A stretch of DNA of 64,000 bases, from positions 23,870,001-23,934,000 of the forward strand of contig OZ024755.1 of assembly GCA_964016885.1 (NCBI GenBank), read 5' to 3'. Source of the DNA: Eledone cirrhosa (lineage: Eukaryota). The notes below the pieces were generated by a model that was given only the letters and a program-made list of their open reading frames with translations, did not search any database and had not been told where the DNA came from. The translations under genes and the position numbers were made by a program. Below are positions 51,603 through 64,000 of this stretch, in pieces. Position 1 is the first letter of the stretch, and each line of letters opens with the position of its first letter.

Positions 51603-54049
51603 AACTATTATCACTTCTATCTTATTTACATTCAATACATTCAAAATATTGCAATTACCTTTCAAATCTATTGTTTTTTCCAATTGAAAATTTATAATGT
51701 ATTCATCTCATTCCTCTCCAGGATGAGAAGGAAGAAATTTTCTATAAAAAAAAATATCTAGACAGAATAATTTTATATCATCAACAAAGTTAAGTTCCTA
51801 CCAAGCACGACAGACATTTATTACTTCCTCTACTTTCAAGATGAGGTCATTTGAGTATATATTAATGAGGAACTGATTTAATTACCAATTTTCTAGTTAG
51901 TTCTCAGTAGTTAATGTACCTGAAGATATGGTTCATTGGTATTTTATCTGGAATATTATTACACTTCTTAGGTAGAACACATTTTTATTTGTACGGATTG
52001 TATATTGAATAATATACAGGATATTTATGAAAAACATTTAAAGGCCTTTTGCTATGAATTTTTCAGGTTGTGATCATTGTCACACACTCAGCTTCAGCAA
52101 AAACAGGGGGAAGTCATTTATTCTTATTTACTATTTCTCATATAAACATCTCTTTGGAGCTGTTTAACCCTTTCGCATTTACAATACTCTATATTTACTA
52201 TTGTATTTTCACAGAAAAGGCTTTATCTCATATAATTATCTCACATGATATCAAATCTATGAAATTTTGATATTATATATTTTGAGAAAAATACCTTAAT
52301 GTCAGTATGAACGGCCAATTACGACCAATTTGAACAGATAGAGATGAGCGAATTCTGACCTGATATGGCTGGTTTAAATGCTAAAAGGTTAAATATGTTG
52401 TTGTTTAGTTTCAAATCAATCCTGATTGAATAGACCTATTACCGAAGGCATTCCAGTCATCTTGCATTTTGGTGGTATGTTTAGGGTTACATTATCTAAC
52501 GTGTGTTTGTCTTATTTAAAATGTTAGGGAGTAATTTTAGGGGTGACTTGACTGATATTTTGTAAGTGGTTGAGCAACCATTTATAGACCACCTTGTTGG
52601 CTCAGATATGTAAGCAACTTATGACTCACCTAACTCTTCACAAAATCACATCCTTAAATTGGTCCTGTTTATCCAAGCGAATTTGGCTACATTACCCAAT
52701 CTTTGTTTGGAGATGTGCCATTTTTTGTTTGTTTTGTTGTTGTTTTTTTCCAGTTGTACCATTATAGTAGGTTCTTGTGGCCCACAAGCTTTTTCTCTCT
52801 ATTCCATTTTCAACTTTGCTGTCTACATAATTTTATTACTGTCTCTAATTTTCATGCAGATCCACTAGCACCAAAATGATTTTACTGGAGAATTTGGTCA
52901 GTTCTCTCCAACATAAGACAGTGACAACTAACCAATGACTGGCAGTCAGTGGTATTAGATCTTAGACACTATGTACTAGACTTCAGTCAGACCTTTATAA
53001 TGAAAGAGATTCTTTGGTCCAGCAATAATAATGATTTCTACTTTTGGCACAAGGCCAGTAAATACCCCAGTACATTACTGGTACTTTATTTTATCAACCT
53101 CGTAAGGATGAAAGGCAAAGTTAACCTCAGTAGGATTTGACTTCAGAATACAAAGGGCCATAACTCTATGCTGCAAAGAATGGTGTCTGACACTCTACCG
53201 ATACTGCCGATTCGCCGCCCTTGTCCGCAATTAATAATAGTTTCTGATGTAGGCACAAGGCCAGCAATTTTTTTGGGGGGGGGGATTAAATCAACACCAG
53301 TACACGACTGGTACTTTATTTTATTGATCCTATATGGATGAAAGGCAAACCTAACCCCTCGGCAGGATTTTAACTCAGCATGTAAAGAGCCGTAACTATG
53401 CCACAAAGCATGGTGTCCACCACTCTACCCTACTGATATTGCTAATACTGATTTCTAACATTGGCACAAGATTTATAGGAAAGAGGTATAGTCAATTGAA
53501 AATCCTACTTAAATCAGTGTACCATGATTCTTTCTAGTACCTCCATCCAATTATTATCCCTTTGTGAATCAAGTAGAAATTAAATCTCCAACAGCTCAAT
53601 TGTTTTATCTGCTCATTAAAAAAAACAAAAAAACATTTAACTATAAAGGATTACTTCTTCCTGTACTTTGAAACAATTTAGTTTCATACTTCCAAATTTT
53701 TCTAATTTATCAACTATTATATTGACATCTGAGTTGTTAAAATATTAGATTAAAAGTTTTTTAAAGAGTTTTTTTTTATTTGGCAGCTTTGGAGAGAAAG
53801 GCAATGTCTATGGTCTTCACAGGCCCTCCAAGACTTTGAAAAATTGATGCTGTTGAAGATCAATTTAAATTTTCTTCATTTATAGTATTAATACTCAATT
53901 CCTCTACTTTCCCATACAACCAGATCTGCCCTTTTTTACCCCTTCCTTTTTTTCTCATTATTTGATTTTGTTTTTATCTTTCTTTTTCATATTTATGTAA
54001 TTATCAATGGTTTTTAAGCCAACTTTGGAAGTTTACTTTGAATAAAATT

Positions 54050-54290
54050 TCTGCTTTTAACTTAAACAAAAAGATTATTGCTGCAAGCAGAATCTATTTG
54101 GAAAGACAAGAACAGAGAAGGAGTTCAAGAAGGCCAATGCTTTGGTGGGTGTAGTGGTTAGAGCCAGGCCTGAAGTGGTGGACACAACATGAGTGATGAG
54201 GGAGAGGAGACAAGTAAGTAGAGAATACCTTGGTGGAGATGGTAACTTCAAGAAGCAGATACCATTGTAGTAACAGTAAAAGAACCTCAT
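54050..54290 (-). mobile_element. Old CR1/L2-group LINE 3' end
   Basis: FYCYYNGIC...NSFSVLVFP pattern; similar remnants at about 2040-2290 and 5220-5470. Confidence 0.55.
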
Positions 54291-55294
54291 ACAAAACCCT
54301 TGAAATTTAATTTGGTAGATGGGAACTATGTAGAAACCAATTGAAGGAACTATTCCTCTTTTGGTAGTAGACTTAATTTGTTGCCAAGTTTTAAAACTAT
54401 TGGCTAAACCATAGGGTATTTTTGGTGGAATAAATTCTGTCCCAAGCATTTGGACCAGGTATTTGGTCTGAGGATAAGTTCCTCAGCTTTCTCCTCATTA
54501 ATCACAGAAAACTTGAAAAGGGTCACATGTGGCCTTTCCTTCTTTGACTAAGGCATAAAAAGTTAGGCAATTCTGTAAATTCTTACTGGGTTTGACAATG
54601 TTTTGTGTTGGCGAGCTTTCTTTTGCAGTGATTAAAAAATACTCAATTCTTTCTAATATGTTCATAGATGTGTCTACCCTAGCAGCTGCCACTAAGTTCT
54701 ACCATTCACAGAAAATTTCATTGTTGATCATTGACTCAGTGGTTTACAAAATAATTGCAAATAATTTCACACCAACACACACTCACTCACTCACTCAAGA
54801 AATAAAGAAATAATTGTTCTCAGAAAGGCACTTTTTTTAGACAATTAGTACAAATTAAAAAATAAATAAATTTGCCAGATTATCTCAGTACAATGAGGAG
54901 TCAGTCAGTAGAAATAATTTACATGCATTGAGGAAGAAATCTCAAACACAAAGAAACACTCTAGAAATTAACTATATTTGAAACCAGTGCAATATCTAGA
55001 AGGTACTTGTGCAGGTTGTCATTTAAATAATAATACATATCATAGAAAATGCCATCTGCTAAACATTGATTAAATTTAGCAATTCTAATAATTCTTGCAT
55101 TAATGTATGTGACTGTAACCATAAAATTAAAAGGAATGTTCATACAAAAATGCAAAAGAAAAGATAACCTATACAAATTAATTCTTATACAATAATGGTT
55201 TCTGAAGGAATCTTTCGAAGGGCAATATGGAAATTTAAAATAAAATGAATAATCAGTTTTAAAAATGAAGAAATAAACCTTACAGATGATAGTA

Positions 55295-55530
55295 ATATCT
55301 TGGGAAAACTGTCCAAGTATCGGCCACTCTCTGATAGGTTTGTGGTAGAGCCTGTAGCAATGGAGACTTCTGGCATTCTTGGCCCCCGGACTACATCTCT
55401 GTTCACTGCTATCGGAACGGAGTTGGCTGCTCGCAAGTGTGAGCTCTGTGAGATGGAGTGGCAGTTTCAGCGCATCTCCCACATCGACCTACTGGGCAAT
55501 TTATTCTCCATTCTGTTGGCTGGGACCAAT
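55295..55530 (+). mobile_element. CRE-like non-LTR element, restriction-like endonuclease C-terminus
   Basis: KLSKYRPLSDRFVVEPVAMETSGILG...QFQRIS....GN..SIL; second remnant at 31400-31580. Confidence 0.7.
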
Positions 55531-56838
55531 AGGTGGAGGGTAAGTTAGTTGGAGGTGGTGGATACTCATTCAGACATCACACATAGACACTCTTACACAA
55601 AATAGATAAAAACTTTATACATAGAGCAGTGCCCCAGCATGGCCTCAGCCAGATGGCTGAAACAGGTAAAAGAGTATAAAAAGAAAACAAAAAAAGCATA
55701 TTCCTTGCTTACTGTTTATGGCACAAACTATATCTTTCATCAAATTTTGACATGTTTTCAAATTTGGAATTATTATAAGTATTTAAAAAAAATTAAATTA
55801 AAAGTTATTGCATATGATTTCTTCAATAGTGTAAGAAGAAGAGGACAAATGAAATAGTTGAAATACAAAAGTAAATGAAGGAATAGAGGAAATTTTATAA
55901 GTACAAGCAAAACATTAATGTAAAAAAAATATGATTAAAAGCTTCTTATTCGCTCACTTATTCCTGAGATGGTCATGGGAGCAGAGTTCTTAAACACTCC
56001 TTCCAGCAGGTCCTGTCAGAAGCAAACATTTACAACTGATTTGGCTGGATCCCCAAGCAAGACCAGCCAAGCTCATGGATGTTATCTAACCATCTTGCTC
56101 GAGGTCTATCCCTGGGTCTCCTGCCTGTTGGTTTTGTCCATAAAATCTGTCCAGCAATTCTTTCCTGAGACATTCTAACCACATGCCCATAGTATTGGGG
56201 CTCTGATCTCTCAATTCAGAGACATAGTTGCTCTACCTGGAATGACTCTCTGATCTCCAAGCTACACACTCTATCGAGTGATTAAAAACTCATGAAATAA
56301 ATATAATTGTTTCTACTTTTGGCACAAGGCCAGCAATTATTCCAGTATATTACTGGTACTTTATTTTATCGACCCCGTAAGGATGAAAGGCAAAGTTAAC
56401 CTCGGCGGGATTTGAACTCAGATTGTAAAGGGACATAACTATGCTGGAAAGCATGTCCGACACTCTACCGATACTGCCAATTCACCGCCCACTCATGAAA
56501 TAAATATAATGATAATTCTTTGTAACTGTCATCCAAACCAAAAGAAAAGGTTGATATGCTCAAGTGGCAATTTTCTTTCTAAGTACAAATACAATTGTTT
56601 AAAAAACATAGGAACTAGTAAATTAATTTAACTGTAATGTATATGATGAAGTATAAAATCGAGAAGGCTGACAAGTGACTCCACATATTTTCTACTCTTG
56701 TATTTTTAAATTCTTAATTTCTACTTTTTTGTTTTCCTATTTATTCTCTTTCCGAAACAATTTTTTTTTTCTTCTTTCTGTGTTTTCTTTTCTGATAAAG
56801 GACAAACATCCCACGCACACACGCACACACACACACAC

Positions 56839-56871
<33 letters not shown>

Positions 56872-58405
56872 GTAAAAAAAATAAAGTTTAGAAAATTAAA
56901 GAATGCGTTGTAAATTAGTTCACATAAAATATTTATAAATTTTAAAAAGTACACAACACCAGCATGAATGTAACTTTGAAAATTAAACTTGCAACCCTCT
57001 GTTTCATTTAAAGAACTTTATTTTATTTTGTATGGACTAATTTCTTCATTGTGTACTGTAAATTTACATGTATATATGTGCATCTTCAACAATTTATTAT
57101 TATTTCTGAGTTCAAATCCTGCCGAGGTTAACTTTGCCTTTCATCCTTTCGGGGTTGATAAAATAAAGTACCAGTAACGTACTGGGTATTTTGCTGGCCT
57201 TGTGCCAAAAGTAGAAACAATTATTATTTCTCCCATATACATATATATATTTGTATTGTATGGTCCCGTAACTTCTGATAGAGTCATAGGGGTGCCATAT
57301 TGACATACAGCATTTCTTGGACGTTTTAAACCTAGCGGAGCCCATCCTGCTCCAGGCCTGAGTACAGCAGATTTCTTTCAGGGAAAGATAGAAAGTGAGA
57401 GAGAGGAAATGAGAAAGAGATATAGAGGAAGAATTGATGCCAGTATTAGACTGGTGCTTTTTTTAATCGACTTTGAAAGGATGAAAAGCAAAGTTAACCT
57501 TGGTGAGATTTGAACTCCAAGAGCAGAGAGCTGGAACGAATGCCATAAAGTTTTCTATATGACGTTCTAACAACTGCCAATTCACCACCTCTTTACATAT
57601 GGATACATATATATAAATCAGGATGGAATCAGTTTGAAACTGGTTAGACCATTACTCAACAAAGTACTCAACACTTGAGGTAGTAGAGTATGGTTATATT
57701 ACAAAGAGTCGGGACCTTTGTAATATAACCATCAACTATTGCTAGGAACCTCACAAATATAACGCACCAAAATATATGACTAAAGCAAGAGAAAGAAAAA
57801 ACAAAGCGAAAAAAAAAAGCGAAACAAAAACAAAAACCACCAATTCATCACCAAGTGCGACAATCGGTCACACATCACAAAGGTCAACGGAGTATTTTGA
57901 GGCAATATTTTTTATCAGTTCTGTTTCTTGTAAATCCTACATATTTGAATATTTCAAAGAAATACCTTTGTAGTAGCAACAGTGACAGCAATACGGTCAC
58001 AGCCACCACATAATCACCAACTAATCACTACATCAGCTGCGAACTAACACTAAAATAAACAATTGCCAACATCATTACAATAATCATCACCAGACTTGAA
58101 CATAAATAACAATATCATTGACTATGACATATCTAAAATAGATCCAGCAATACAGCAAGTACTTCTATATCTGTCAACCTATCAACATCATTGAATGGCC
58201 CACTAAAACATGAACTCATATCAAGCAAAATAGCATCTCTTATAATAAGTAACAGTAGGAATGACAAATAGTTTTTCTATATTTTTTTGACAGACATGAA
58301 ATTTCATATTTATGGTAAATGGTATTTTATAAATTTCTTTTAAAACACATACTGATCTGAGTGGTCTCACTAATTCAGAAACGCAATGCATAACATTTTG
58401 AGCAA

Positions 58406-58645
58406 CTAGAATTTTTTTCAACACGCTGACAAGTGTATGAGTATATCACTATAAATACGCAAACACAGACACACTTACAGACATACATAATAGACGCTGT
58501 GAATGTTAGATGCTGTTTTTCTGTAGTTTGTCATCACCCCTTCCTTCCTCAGTCATCTCTAGTGTGTAACATCATCACCCCTTCTTTCCTCAATCATTGT
58601 GGCGGAAGGACGGACAGACGGAAGTTGCTCAAATTTATATATAGA
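58406..58645 (-). mobile_element. Non-autonomous Helitron (same family as 3040-3397)
   Basis: A|TCTATATATAAATTTGAGC ... TCAGCGTGTTGA AAAAAATT CTAG|T. Confidence 0.72.
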
Positions 58646-59457
58646 TACCATTCTTCAGAAGGTACAGAGAGGAAGACAAACAAAATTCAGTAAAGCAAGA
58701 ATAAAGACAAACAAAACAAGAGAAAATTAAAGCATGCTTGGGCTTGTTTTTAAATTATAATTTTTGTAAAGCGGAGATAAGAGAGGTGACAGAAGAAGTA
58801 AGTATGAAGACATGGGGATGAGTGTAAGCATACAGGCAAAACATACAGGTCAAGCGTGTGTGTGTGTGAGCGTGTGCATGTGTGTGTGTGTGTATCAAGT
58901 GATATAGAGAGTAGAGGAACCAGGGGAGGTAAGTTCAGACTGGGTGGGTTGGAGGTCTGCAGACTAAAAAGGAAATTTTACTCACAGCTTATCTCCCTTT
59001 ACAAATACTATGATTTAGAAACAAGCACAAACGTGTTATTTTCTTGTTTGGTTTTGATTTTTTATGTTGCTTTACTGAATTTTTTTCTTCTTCTTCTGGC
59101 AACGTTTTGAAGAATGGTGTAGCCTGCAACATCATGTTCTGACTTTAACTTCTTTTCACAATTTGGACCATTTTCTGTCTTGTTTGTGTTGTTTTCCTGT
59201 TACTTAATCCAATATATATCATCATCATTTAATGCCCGCTTTCCCTACTAGAAAGGGCTTGATAGGTTTACATAGACTATGTCAGTTCTGAAGCAGGACT
59301 ACTGACCTCCCAAACAGGCTGGGGGTTTGCTTATCTAAGAGTAGTAGAACTAACTAAGTACTGACTTGGTCTGTGGTAATTTCTCCAATCCTTGTTAGAA
59401 AATGAATGTTAAATGATGATGATAATAATATATATAAACACATGCATTGTTTGTCTA

Positions 59458-59511
<54 letters not shown>

Positions 59512-59514
<3 letters not shown>

Positions 59515-60331
59515 CATCATCATCATCGTTTAACGTCCATCTTCCATGCTTGCATGGGTTTGGACGGGAATTTTCCCACTTGAGGCAAGATTGGTTGTCT
59601 TGCTCGTATAGGACTGTCTGGCGGGTTTTCTACAGCTGGATGCCCTTCCTAACACCAACCATGTTTACAGTGTGGACTGGGAGGTTTTTACCGTGTTACC
59701 TACACGGCCACATTACAGCGTGGACTGTGTGTTATTTTTGTCGTGACACCTACACGACCTCATTTATTTCGGACTGGATGTGTGGTACCAACATAACTTT
59801 ACATCGAAAGGGGTGGTGTGGATGGGGTGGGAGTAGTGGGACGGGGGTGTATTTTTGTTGAGAGGTGCCTACTGACTGTAGGTTTCGCTTTGTACTTAGG
59901 CAAGGCGGGTCTTCTGTATTACTGTGTAGCGCGAAAGATCTCGGTCCAGTGACATTGTCTTGGAGAGGTGTAAGTGTGTGAGGTCGGAATTTATCAAGTT
60001 GTCCCAGGTTTTTCTGGGTCTGCCTACTCTGTGGCTACCATCTATTTTTATCGCCCTGCACTTTTTTATACAGCTGTCGTCTTTCATGCGCATCACGTGA
60101 CCATCCCAACGTAGTCTTCTCTCGAGTAAACAACATCTGATCCCTCTTATTCCTAATTTCTCCCTTAGTTCATTTATGCTTTGCCGTTCACGTATATTAC
60201 TATTACACATCCAGCGGAGCATGCAATCTTCGTTCCTCTCCAGTCTGCGTATATCCTCTGCAGACAATGCCCAAGTCTCACTGCCATGTAACATTGCTGT
60301 TCGTATGCAGGCACCATACAGCCTGCCTTTC

Positions 60332-60332
<1 letters not shown>
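59512..60332 (-). mobile_element. 5'-truncated RTE LINE with intact terminal reading frame
   Basis: ORF 59896..60333 KGRLYGACIRTAMLHGSETWAL...RRLRWDGHVMR...GRPRKTW. Confidence 0.92.
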
Positions 60333-60394
<62 letters not shown>

Positions 60395-61731
60395 CACATA
60401 CACACACACAGACATGCATTCAGACAAAAAAAGATAGAAGTGATATTAATATCATCTCTACAACTACAATGTTTGTTTACAACCTTTCTTCAAATAATTG
60501 TAATTTATCTTATTGTAAGGATAACGAAGTAACAGAATGTGAAAGGAAACTTCAATGTGCAAGTAAATGCAGAGAACAAAGGAACATGCTTAATCCCACC
60601 TTAGCAAAACTTTGAAAGAAAATTACTGCCAAATTTAATTACAGACAAAGCAAAGCCAAACATTCTTCATAAGAATAAAGATAAGTGCAGATTTTGTAAT
60701 GCACTAAAATCTGAAGTTATATAAATATGCTATACAACAATGTCTGTAAGCCTCGTCAATAGCTGAAAAGTTAACATTGATAGAGATTTTTTTCTAGCTT
60801 TCTAAAAATTCTAAAATATATATCTATTAAAAAATCGTTTAAATAATATTGTTTTAAGAAAAATAAACAGGGAAGTATTTGTATATAAAAAGATATAAAA
60901 ATTGCAACTATTGAACTTTTTAGAACTTTTCTTGGGACAAATTAAAATTATTTTAATGCCAAGAAATCATAGCAGAATGAAGATATGTGAAAGAAAAATA
61001 GATTTCCATAGAGAATATTGTGTATATAAATTTTTGTCGAGGTGCATACTAGATGAGGATCAGAGAGTCACTCCAGGCAGAACTGCTACTTCTTCGAATT
61101 GAGAGATCACAGTTCTGATATTAACAGGTATGTGGTTAGAATGTCTCAGGAAAGAACTGCTGGACAGATTTTACAGGGCAAACACAACCAGCAGGAGATC
61201 CAGGGGTAGACACCAAGCAAGATGGTTGGATAATATCCATGAGCTTGGCCGGTCTTGCTTGGGGATCCAGCTGGATCAGTTACAGATGGTTGCTTCTGAC
61301 AGGACCTGCAGGAAGGAGTGTCTAAGGGCTCTTCCCCCCACAACCCTCTCAGGAATAAGTGGGCGAAGAAGATATATATGCTCAGATTTTAATATCTGGA
61401 CACATCTATATATCAATAATTGTTTCTACTTTTGGCACAAGGCCAGCAATTACCCAGTACATTACTGGTACTTTATTTTATCGACCCCGTAAGGATGAAA
61501 GGCAAAGTGAACCTCGGCGGGATTTGAACTCAGAACGTAAAGGGACGTAACTATGTAACTATGCTGGAAAGCATGGCGTCCGACTCTCTACCGATACTGC
61601 CAATCCACCGTCCATCTATATATCAATAATAGAACTTGAACAAGGTTTTTCCCCATTTCTATTTTTCCTCTCATTCTTGTAGAAACATATGTTTCTTAAA
61701 TTTATCATCTTGGCTATCCATCGATTATTGA

Positions 61732-61769
<38 letters not shown>

Positions 61770-63107
61770 TATTATTCATGTAAAGAAACGTTGGTTGGTC
61801 AATTAATCGACCGACTGTAGTATAAACAAGATTATATTATGAACAGAGGATGTATATTTAAAACCGTCTCTCTTCTTTATAATATATATATGTGTATACA
61901 CACACACACACATATGTATATGAGTGTATATTATCATCATTTTCCTGTCAATTTTCAATACTGGCATGGGCTGGACAAGACATTTTGAGATAGTGTTCTA
62001 TAACTGAATATCATTCCATGTGCTAATTTAGATAATTGTTTCTACTTTTGGCACAAGGCCAGCAATTATCCCAGTGCATTACTGGTACTTTATTTTATCG
62101 ACATCATAAGGATGAAAGGCAAAGTTAACCTCGACAGGATTTGAATAATGATTTTAAATATGGTATGGTCAGTGTGGGAATTGAACCCACAACATTCACT
62201 CTAATCAACTGAATTTATTTCTTTTAAAAATATACATCAATAACATTACAAATTACTCAAAATTCTTTGAGAATGAAAATATAAACTGAAATATAAACAC
62301 ATACAAGGGCGGTGCCCCAGCATGGCCTCAGCCGGATGGCTGAAACAGGTAAAAGAGTAAAAGAGTATATAATAAATATGATTAATTATTGCTAGGAACC
62401 TCACAAATACAACATACCAAAATATATGACGAGAACAAGAGAAAATAAGGGAGAAACAAAAGCAAAAACGACCATCAGGTGCAACAATAGACCGCACGCC
62501 ACATCATAAAGGTGAATGGTAATAAAACTGGTCTTTCATTATTTTGATTTGAGAAATTAAGGACACACATATGTACACAAGCATTTGGAAATAGTTCATA
62601 GATATAAATTAATAGATTCTTCTATTCTTTGAGAGGTTTCAGTATCTAGATTGCTGCCATGCTGGGGCACCACCTTAAAGCCAATTATATCAATCCTAGT
62701 GCTTATTTCTTTCAAGCCCGATACTTACTTAGACAACCCCTTTTTATCGATATGTTGAAATACTGGACACAAACACAAACACAGATATGGAAATACACAA
62801 ACACACAGTTACAGACACACACACGAGGAGCTTTTGCAGATTCCATATATCAAAGCAACCTCCTTTAATGCTAATTAGGTCACCAAGGTAACGAATGCTA
62901 TTAACTACTTCTATGGGACCTGTATGAGATTAAATTAAGTATTTCATCAGTGCTCTTATTACCAGCTATCTGTGTGCATCTGCCGCAGTGTACATCCTAT
63001 ACTACTCCTTTTCTGTATTTGGAGCAGGGCCACTTCTCTGATGAAATCAGTCTTGTCTTCTTTTCTTTATATCTGTGTACATACATACATACATACATAT
63101 ATATATA

Positions 63108-63299
63108 TAGGAACCAGTAAGACCCCGACAGCTGAGCTCAAGCCGTTTCGACGGCTAATTCTGGACCAGAATTAGCCGTCGAAACGGCTTGAGCTCAGCT
63201 GTCGGGGTCTTACTGGTTCCTATTACCCACTCTACTACCTCAAGTATTGAGTACTTTGGTGCGTTATGGTCCACCTGGTTCCTTACCACACTTCCTTCG

Positions 63300-63302
<3 letters not shown>
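63108..63302. mobile_element. Young PLE-derived fold-back element (family A)
   Basis: Perfect inverted repeat with ~58-bp arms centred near 63165, containing GAAA CGGCTTGAGCTCAGCTG TC GGGGTC. Confidence 0.8.
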
Positions 63303-63346
<44 letters not shown>

Positions 63347-63439
63347 AGTGTGTGTATGTATGTGTGTTTAAGGTGCTCACTTCACAACGTAGTCAACCAG
63401 ATAATATATGATGTCATACCTATTAAATGGTGTATAAGT

Positions 63440-63990
63440 ATCCTCATTGACTGCTACAAGGTCAAAGGAGTTGCTCTAAAAAGGAGCAATTGCAGGAATA
63501 TGAAATTGATGGATTAGGTTAAGAAAGTAAGAGAGGTTTAGCACAAATGATTAGAAACAGAATTAGTTTAAATGAGAAACAGTTTGGGTTTGTGCCAGGA
63601 GAAAGTACAACTGACACCCTTTTCTTGAGACAACTACAAGAGAAGTTCTTAGCCAAGAGTAAGCCACTATGCTTAATATTTGTTGATTTTGTGAAAGCCT
63701 TTGACAAAATACAACGCTCTTTAGTTTGAGGGGCTTTAAAAAACTAGACATAGATGAATGGCTTGTGAGAGCAGTGCAAGCTTTGGACAGAGATACTGTC
63801 AGTAAAGTTAGCTGGTTAGAAGTTCAGTGAAGAATCTATTTAGCAGGTAGCTGTGCATCAGTGTTTGATACTCAGTCTCCTCCTGTTTATTACAGTTCTC
63901 CAGGCTATTACAGGGAAATTTAAAACTGGTTGTCCATGGAAATTTCAGTATACTCATGACCTAGTTCTGATATCATATTTGTGGAAGTCT
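63440..63990 (+). mobile_element. Degenerate RTE reverse transcriptase fragment
   Basis: QFGFVPGESTTDTLFLRQLQEKFLAKSKPLCLIFVDFVKAFDK. Confidence 0.88.
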
Positions 63991-64000
63991 GAAGGAAGAA

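Noticed and set aside
54330-54720. Adjacent ORFs in unique-looking DNA
   Set aside because: Interrupted by stop codons, with no motif I can recognise
57260-57385. GC-richer island after a pyrimidine tract on the minus strand
   Set aside because: No convincing donor site or homology; the ORF runs into a SINE

Overview
AT-rich, repeat-dominated eukaryotic (animal) DNA with long (TA)n, (CA)n and (GAT/GGT)n tracts. The SINE and LINE complement is what I would expect from an octopod cephalopod (inference, not verified). I cannot identify a confident intact protein-coding gene; the ORF track is almost entirely microsatellite read-through or transposon debris. Identifiable content: tRNA-derived SINEs (two or three families, more than 25 copies), a 5S rRNA-derived element, RTE, L1/Tx1, CR1/L2, CRE and Ingi/Vingi LINE fragments, a deleted DD37D (maT) Tc1/mariner, mariner/Tigger/hAT/piggyBac MITEs and non-autonomous Helitrons. 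The most notable signal is at least seven unrelated short element families, mostly embedded in (TA)n tracts, that carry type I hammerhead ribozyme motifs of the Penelope-like (PLE) kind. These include a CAGANGA core variant in two copies, recurrent fold-backs centred on the ribozyme, and inverted copies of flanking DNA. There are also weak candidate minus-strand exons (about 25.9 kb, 18.0 kb and 13.7 kb) and an isolated 50-nt G:U-compensated hairpin. All coordinates were read by eye and may be off by a few bases.
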